From Psammoneis japonica (Eukaryota): a stretch of DNA of 64,000 nucleotides. Position numbers and translations under genes: made by a program. Within the stretch, counting starts at the first letter, position 1. Each line of letters begins with the position of its first letter. Under the pieces are notes generated by a model. That model had not been told where the DNA came from. It did not search any database and saw nothing but the letters and a program-made list of their open reading frames with translations. Positions 59,442 to 64,000 of this stretch are shown piece after piece. The DNA is taken from contig QPGO01000054.1 of the NCBI GenBank assembly GCA_008632985.1, positions 281,050 to 345,049 on the forward strand, read 5' to 3'.

Positions 59442-60908
59442 ATGATGGATGTCCTCAGTAAAGTCTCGTTGGTTCTCCTGGCGTTATCTTCGATTTTGGT
59501 GGACGCTTCGTTGCTTTCTGAGCGCTACAAAGATCGACTCAATTTCCAGATTCTTTTGTGGGTTGCAGCGTCTCTGCAGCGGGCGACGTTTGGAGGAGAG
59601 GAAGGATCAATGATCAATTTTGTATTTTTCTGTTCTACAATAAGTGCAGCTTATAGTGCGTGGAGAGTGAGGTCTTTGAAAAGTTGGAATCATCGTGCTG
59701 ACTACTCAAGATTTCTTGCACCGTCTTGCGTAATTCCTCTTTTCTACTCGTTGTTTTCCGGCTTGGAATCGAACGGAGAAAGTGAGTCGTTTGTAACATA
59801 TGCTACGCTCTTTGGAATATCGTTCGGGGTTCTTTGCTCCTGGCAGTGCTATACTTTGCGGAGAACTCGTGCCGCCCAAGACCTGATCGGCATTCCCATT
59901 GTTCATGCTACCGGTACCCAGTATTCTCCACCTGTGGACGAGAGCAATTGGCATCAGTGGACACCGTCGCAGGTACTGCAATGGATTTCGTCATTGGATG
60001 ACAGACTCGAAGAAGACTGGATCGCTATCTGCGGTATGCTTGCTCCTGAAAGGATTCCGGGGTCAGTCATGGAATCGATATCGAGAGACGACCTTCGAAG
60101 CATGGGCGTTCCTTTCGGAACTGCATGCACATTGCAGGAACACATTTTCAAGTTAACGTCACGTTATCCTAATCGGCAAAGCTACGACCGCTACGCTAGG
60201 ATGTCATATTATCGGGATAACGAAGACGTGTCTGCGACTGACAAATGGTTTCATGATGACACTGAAAACCGATACGCTGATCATGAATTGCTGAGATCGC
60301 AGCCTCCACAGTCGTTCATGGTCGAAACAAGCGATGTTGAGGAGGGGATGGCTAGAAAAGCCCAAGGTCTAATGAGAGAACGATTCGGTCTGGAACTTCC
60401 AGCTTTAAGGACTAGCAGAGATGAGTCCCTCGACACCAAAGAGAATTCCGACACAAACTCAACTCGACGCGAGAGGCCTCAGCACGGACGCGGGATCGGC
60501 GCAGTCACTACTTGTGACCCTTCATCAAACGCAACTTCCCCATCTACTCTTCCGGATAGCACAAACGAAATCCCGCCAGCGGTACTGGATGCCATGCCGC
60601 CGAATATACGTGAAATTGCTTCCAGAAAGCCCCACCTTGTTCGTCAGCTGCTCGAGTCCCAAAGATCCAACCAACCAGCAAGCCAGAGTGGAGCCGGTGG
60701 AGTTCCAAGCTTGTCGAGGGCTCAACAGATTCGAATGCAGGCGGATCCTGACCATGCGAGTCGATTTGTGGGAGCTCAAGCGGCGGCGGAACTGGCCGGG
60801 ATTGAATTGAAAACCATCAATCAAGACCTTGCTGCGGAGGAGGACGCAAGCGTAGACTCCCAAGACGGAGAGCATACGGTACTGTTAAGAAGACGAAACG
60901 CTCGCTAG
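59442..60908 (+). CDS. Hypothetical membrane protein with a SAM-like domain
   Basis: 488-aa ORF; several N-terminal TM segments; WHQWTPSQVLQWI...IPGSVM..IS.DDLRSMGVPFG. Confidence 0.65.
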   Translation: MMDVLSKVSLVLLALSSILVDASLLSERYKDRLNFQILLWVAASLQRATFGGEEGSMINFVFFCSTISAAYSAWRVRSLKSWNHRADYSRFLAPSCVIPLFYSLFSGLESNGESESFVTYATLFGISFGVLCSWQCYTLRRTRAAQDLIGIPIVHATGTQYSPPVDESNWHQWTPSQVLQWISSLDDRLEEDWIAICGMLAPERIPGSVMESISRDDLRSMGVPFGTACTLQEHIFKLTSRYPNRQSYDRYARMSYYRDNEDVSATDKWFHDDTENRYADHELLRSQPPQSFMVETSDVEEGMARKAQGLMRERFGLELPALRTSRDESLDTKENSDTNSTRRERPQHGRGIGAVTTCDPSSNATSPSTLPDSTNEIPPAVLDAMPPNIREIASRKPHLVRQLLESQRSNQPASQSGAGGVPSLSRAQQIRMQADPDHASRFVGAQAAAELAGIELKTINQDLAAEEDASVDSQDGEHTVLLRRRNAR

Positions 60909-60909
60909 C

Positions 60910-63900
60910 TTAGTCCGTATTGGCACACATAGGAAGGAGGAAACAGCAGTTCTTCAAGCCCCCCTTTGTCTGTTCGTCTCGAGCTTTCGCAGAGGCGAGA
61001 ACCTGCAGTGCCTCTGTGACACACGGATGAATTGTTTCTTTCTTTTTCGAATCGACTATTTGTTTCGCGATAGCCTGAACACCGCTGTCGTCCCGACCTA
61101 GATAAACGATTGCTATACAGCCGACTATCAAGCCATGGACGGCTGGGAAGATTCTGTTGGACCGCGTGATTTCGTGAACAATGCCGCCTTCGCTGGACCG
61201 TTCCTGAATTATTGTAAGAATGTTCAAACACTTTGACAGCACCAGATTCAGAGGTGTAATATCACAGCGAACAGACTGTTCTGTCTCTTGAACCATGGTC
61301 CAAGCGGCGAGTTGACTACCGAGGAGCCGTTCTTCAACAGGATTCGGTTTTTCATCTTCGAAAATCTTGCGGGTTGTGTTCACATTCAACAGAGCAGGGG
61401 AAGTCGACATCGAAACACCTTCACTGTGGACAATCTCAGCGAGAAACAATTCCGTGTCATTCTCCAGATCGCGTGTGCAGTCTAGGATGAAATCGAACAA
61501 TCTCGTTGTCAAGTCCGATCCGGAAAAGCGATTCGCCGCTCTGTAGCACATCTTTTCCATTGTCAATAGAGGCACCGAAGTAAGATTTTGGAATGTATTA
61601 GGAGATTCAGCTTCTGCCTCAGATGCGTGCGTTATTGCTCTTTCAGCGACTGCTCGAACATCAGAATCGCTGTCCTGCAGAAGCTTCAGCATTGTCACGA
61701 AGAGATCAAGTTTTGCAGGCTGGAGAATTTTTTCTCTATCTTCTGTTTCCGGTCCTGGCTTCCAGAGTAGCAGCTGGCTAGTCTCGATTGATAGCGCGAC
61801 AGAATGGCGAGTACGCCAGGAAGCGAGAGGTTTGTTCAATCGGGAGATGGCCTTCATAAACACGCCCAAGTGTTCGTAACGTTTCTGATCATTTTTAGTC
61901 TCCCCCTTGCTGTTCAGAGACGTGCATATGGTAAATGCGAGTAATTCTAATGCCGCGCCACTGCATGCAGATGCCTCTGTATGGTCGGTAGATTTTTCAT
62001 TGTCGCCAAATTCAGCCTCCAAAATCTTGAAGCATACATCGGAAAGCTGTGCCATGTCTAGAATGTCATTGAAAACACATCGTTCGTCCCCAAGGAACAA
62101 CGACCTATACGCGTACAAGCATTCAAGCAAACAGCGTGAAAGACGACGCATGGTAGGTGGGTGAGCCATATTTGAAGCGTTTCCAATAGTTTTGTCTGAA
62201 CCTTGACTCCGAAACACTTCAACCGATAAGGCACTGAAGAGTGTGCGACTGATCTGAACTAATGCTTCGACCTTGTCTTGCCTCTCCATGTTGTCTGCAG
62301 AGACAAGGTTGTCGATTGCTGAATATATCTGTTTTTTGAAAGTCTTGACAGCCTCCAGTCTTATATCGATTACGTCACTCTGAATAAGCAACGTAAGCTT
62401 CGCGAGGTTCAGACGCTGCAATTCGCTAGCTACGCCTGGTTTCCAAATATCACGAAAAGCCAGACTACATGCGATCCGAGCAGCCACGGCACCCAGTCGT
62501 GCCATGCCTATAATGCCGCCTTGTAAGTGCACCTTCGAGATATTCTCGATTCTTTGGAGCACCATGTCGGTGGATCCTGCGAGCTTCCCTGAAAAACTGC
62601 TTGTATCTAGAGAATCAAATAGCAGTTCCAGAGCGACTGCTGCACACGACGGCGGGCACTCACAACTTCCGTGCCACCATGATGCATACCGTAGCAGACA
62701 CGAAGACATGTTTACTTTGCGCAAGAGCCACATCGGGTTGGCTGAGAATTCGAGAATGGACTGTACTCCAAGCAAAGCACCATGTTTGGCATTCCAGGTG
62801 ATGGAGTTAGTTCCCCCCTCCTCTACGTCTTCCAAGATTTCTCGGCAACGCACGAGCAATTTCAAACGCGAGGAGGGAACATCACCGCCATTTCCTGAAG
62901 ACACATTTGCTAACGCCTTCGCTGCTACGATCCGGATCTTATGATGCTTGTGAGCAAGGCTTTGCACAATTAGCGGAATGTAAGGTTCAGTCAAACTCGT
63001 GGCGTCGTTTCCCGAGAATTCAACAGGTTGCAATCGAGAAAGCAGCAGGAGTACAGGATAAAGAGGTGGATGGATCTGTCGGGAAGCTTCCGAGGATAAA
63101 AGCGATGATTCTGTTTGCATTGGGTCCAAGAGCATGTCACATACGCCCTCTTTCATCACCGAACAGAGAAACGGCGATAGGGAAGGATAACTACGAAAGA
63201 GCTCTGTCACGGTAGTGACATTACCGCTCATCAAGTCCTTCCGTGTGGCATTCTTATCCGCGTCCACAACCCTCAACATCGCAGCCACGAAGACCATTGT
63301 TGAAGAATTGCGCACCGCCCACGAAGAGTCGTTGTATCCAAGAATTGCTGTCATTATGGCGTCGCCAATGAACTCCGAAACATCCGATGCCAAAGGAGCG
63401 TCAAGAATAGCAAGACGTAAAATGTTGAGCGCGTGAACTCGACATCTCCACTTTCGTTCCAGAGCAAGAACAGGAAAGCAATGGTAAGCGAACACAGAAG
63501 TTCTAATATGTAAAAAGGGTTCCAAAAACCAGCACAACAAATCTTACCTCGTAGATTGCATCCGAAATGTATGGTGTATCCGTGATCCTGTTCAAACGTG
63601 AAGGAAATGAAAATGGCATTACATCCTCTGTGTTTTCATTGAACCCGAATCGTATCATAAATGTCGCCATCGCACTTTCTGATGGAAGTGAGAGGCGCAA
63701 TATGCTCGCGAGAATATAAGGAGTCAGAGTTCTTGGCGCCACGCGTGATGGTGGCTCGGATCGCATTATGGACAAAAAACCTAGAGCAAAGCCTGTGCTC
63801 CTACGTAGAGTGGAATCGCGAACTTTCTCTGCCGTTGAAATCTCGCGCAGCAGACGATTCGCCCACTCCGATGGCAAAGAAGCTAACTCCTCTTGACTAA

Positions 63901-64000
63901 GAGACGGGCTGCTACAATATTCAGCAATATCCTGTAAGACTCTGTGCGCAGCAAAGGCAGCTCCTTGGTGTTTCAGAGTTGTCAGCGTGCTGATGAGAAG
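60910..64000 (-). CDS. THADA: THADA/Trm732 (DUF2428) HEAT-repeat protein, 3' part; gene runs off the window; intron at ~63460-63548
   Basis: LKHQGAAFAA, LRRSTGF, RVHALNILR, WAVRNSSTMVF, LYPVLLLLSRL. Confidence 0.88.

Overview
Eukaryotic, intron-containing genomic DNA, almost certainly from a diatom (fucoxanthin-chlorophyll LHC gene with an AAAFAP plastid-targeting motif, stramenopile-type actin, diatom-style PPR and ankyrin genes, CoDi-like Ty1/copia element). Compact gene blocks (1-3 kb, 19.9-41.9 kb, 50.8-64 kb) alternate with two transposon islands (~4.4-18.0 kb and ~42.1-50.4 kb). The main observation is that both islands have lost almost all TpA dinucleotides: by eye there is no TA in 8150-10026 or 48397-50046. 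Conserved retroelement tyrosines show the direction of change is TA->TG/CA (copia RT YVDD->CVDD, non-LTR RT YLDD->HLDD, Penelope-like LYEK..NLYLY->LCEK..NLHLH). The two copia LTRs differ only by transitions, 22 of 23 within TA/TG/CA/CG dinucleotides. This looks like a repeat-targeted, RIP-like hypermutation acting at TpA (opposite in effect to fungal RIP), on top of ordinary CpG decay. No responsible enzyme is encoded in the window, and a base-calling artefact must be excluded. Other points: five tRNA-modification genes in about 44 kb, a probable 4-nt microexon in MED21, a possible half-tRNA-Asn primer site, local segmental duplications and small palindromic arrays. All counts were made by eye and all family assignments come from motif recognition, not database searches.
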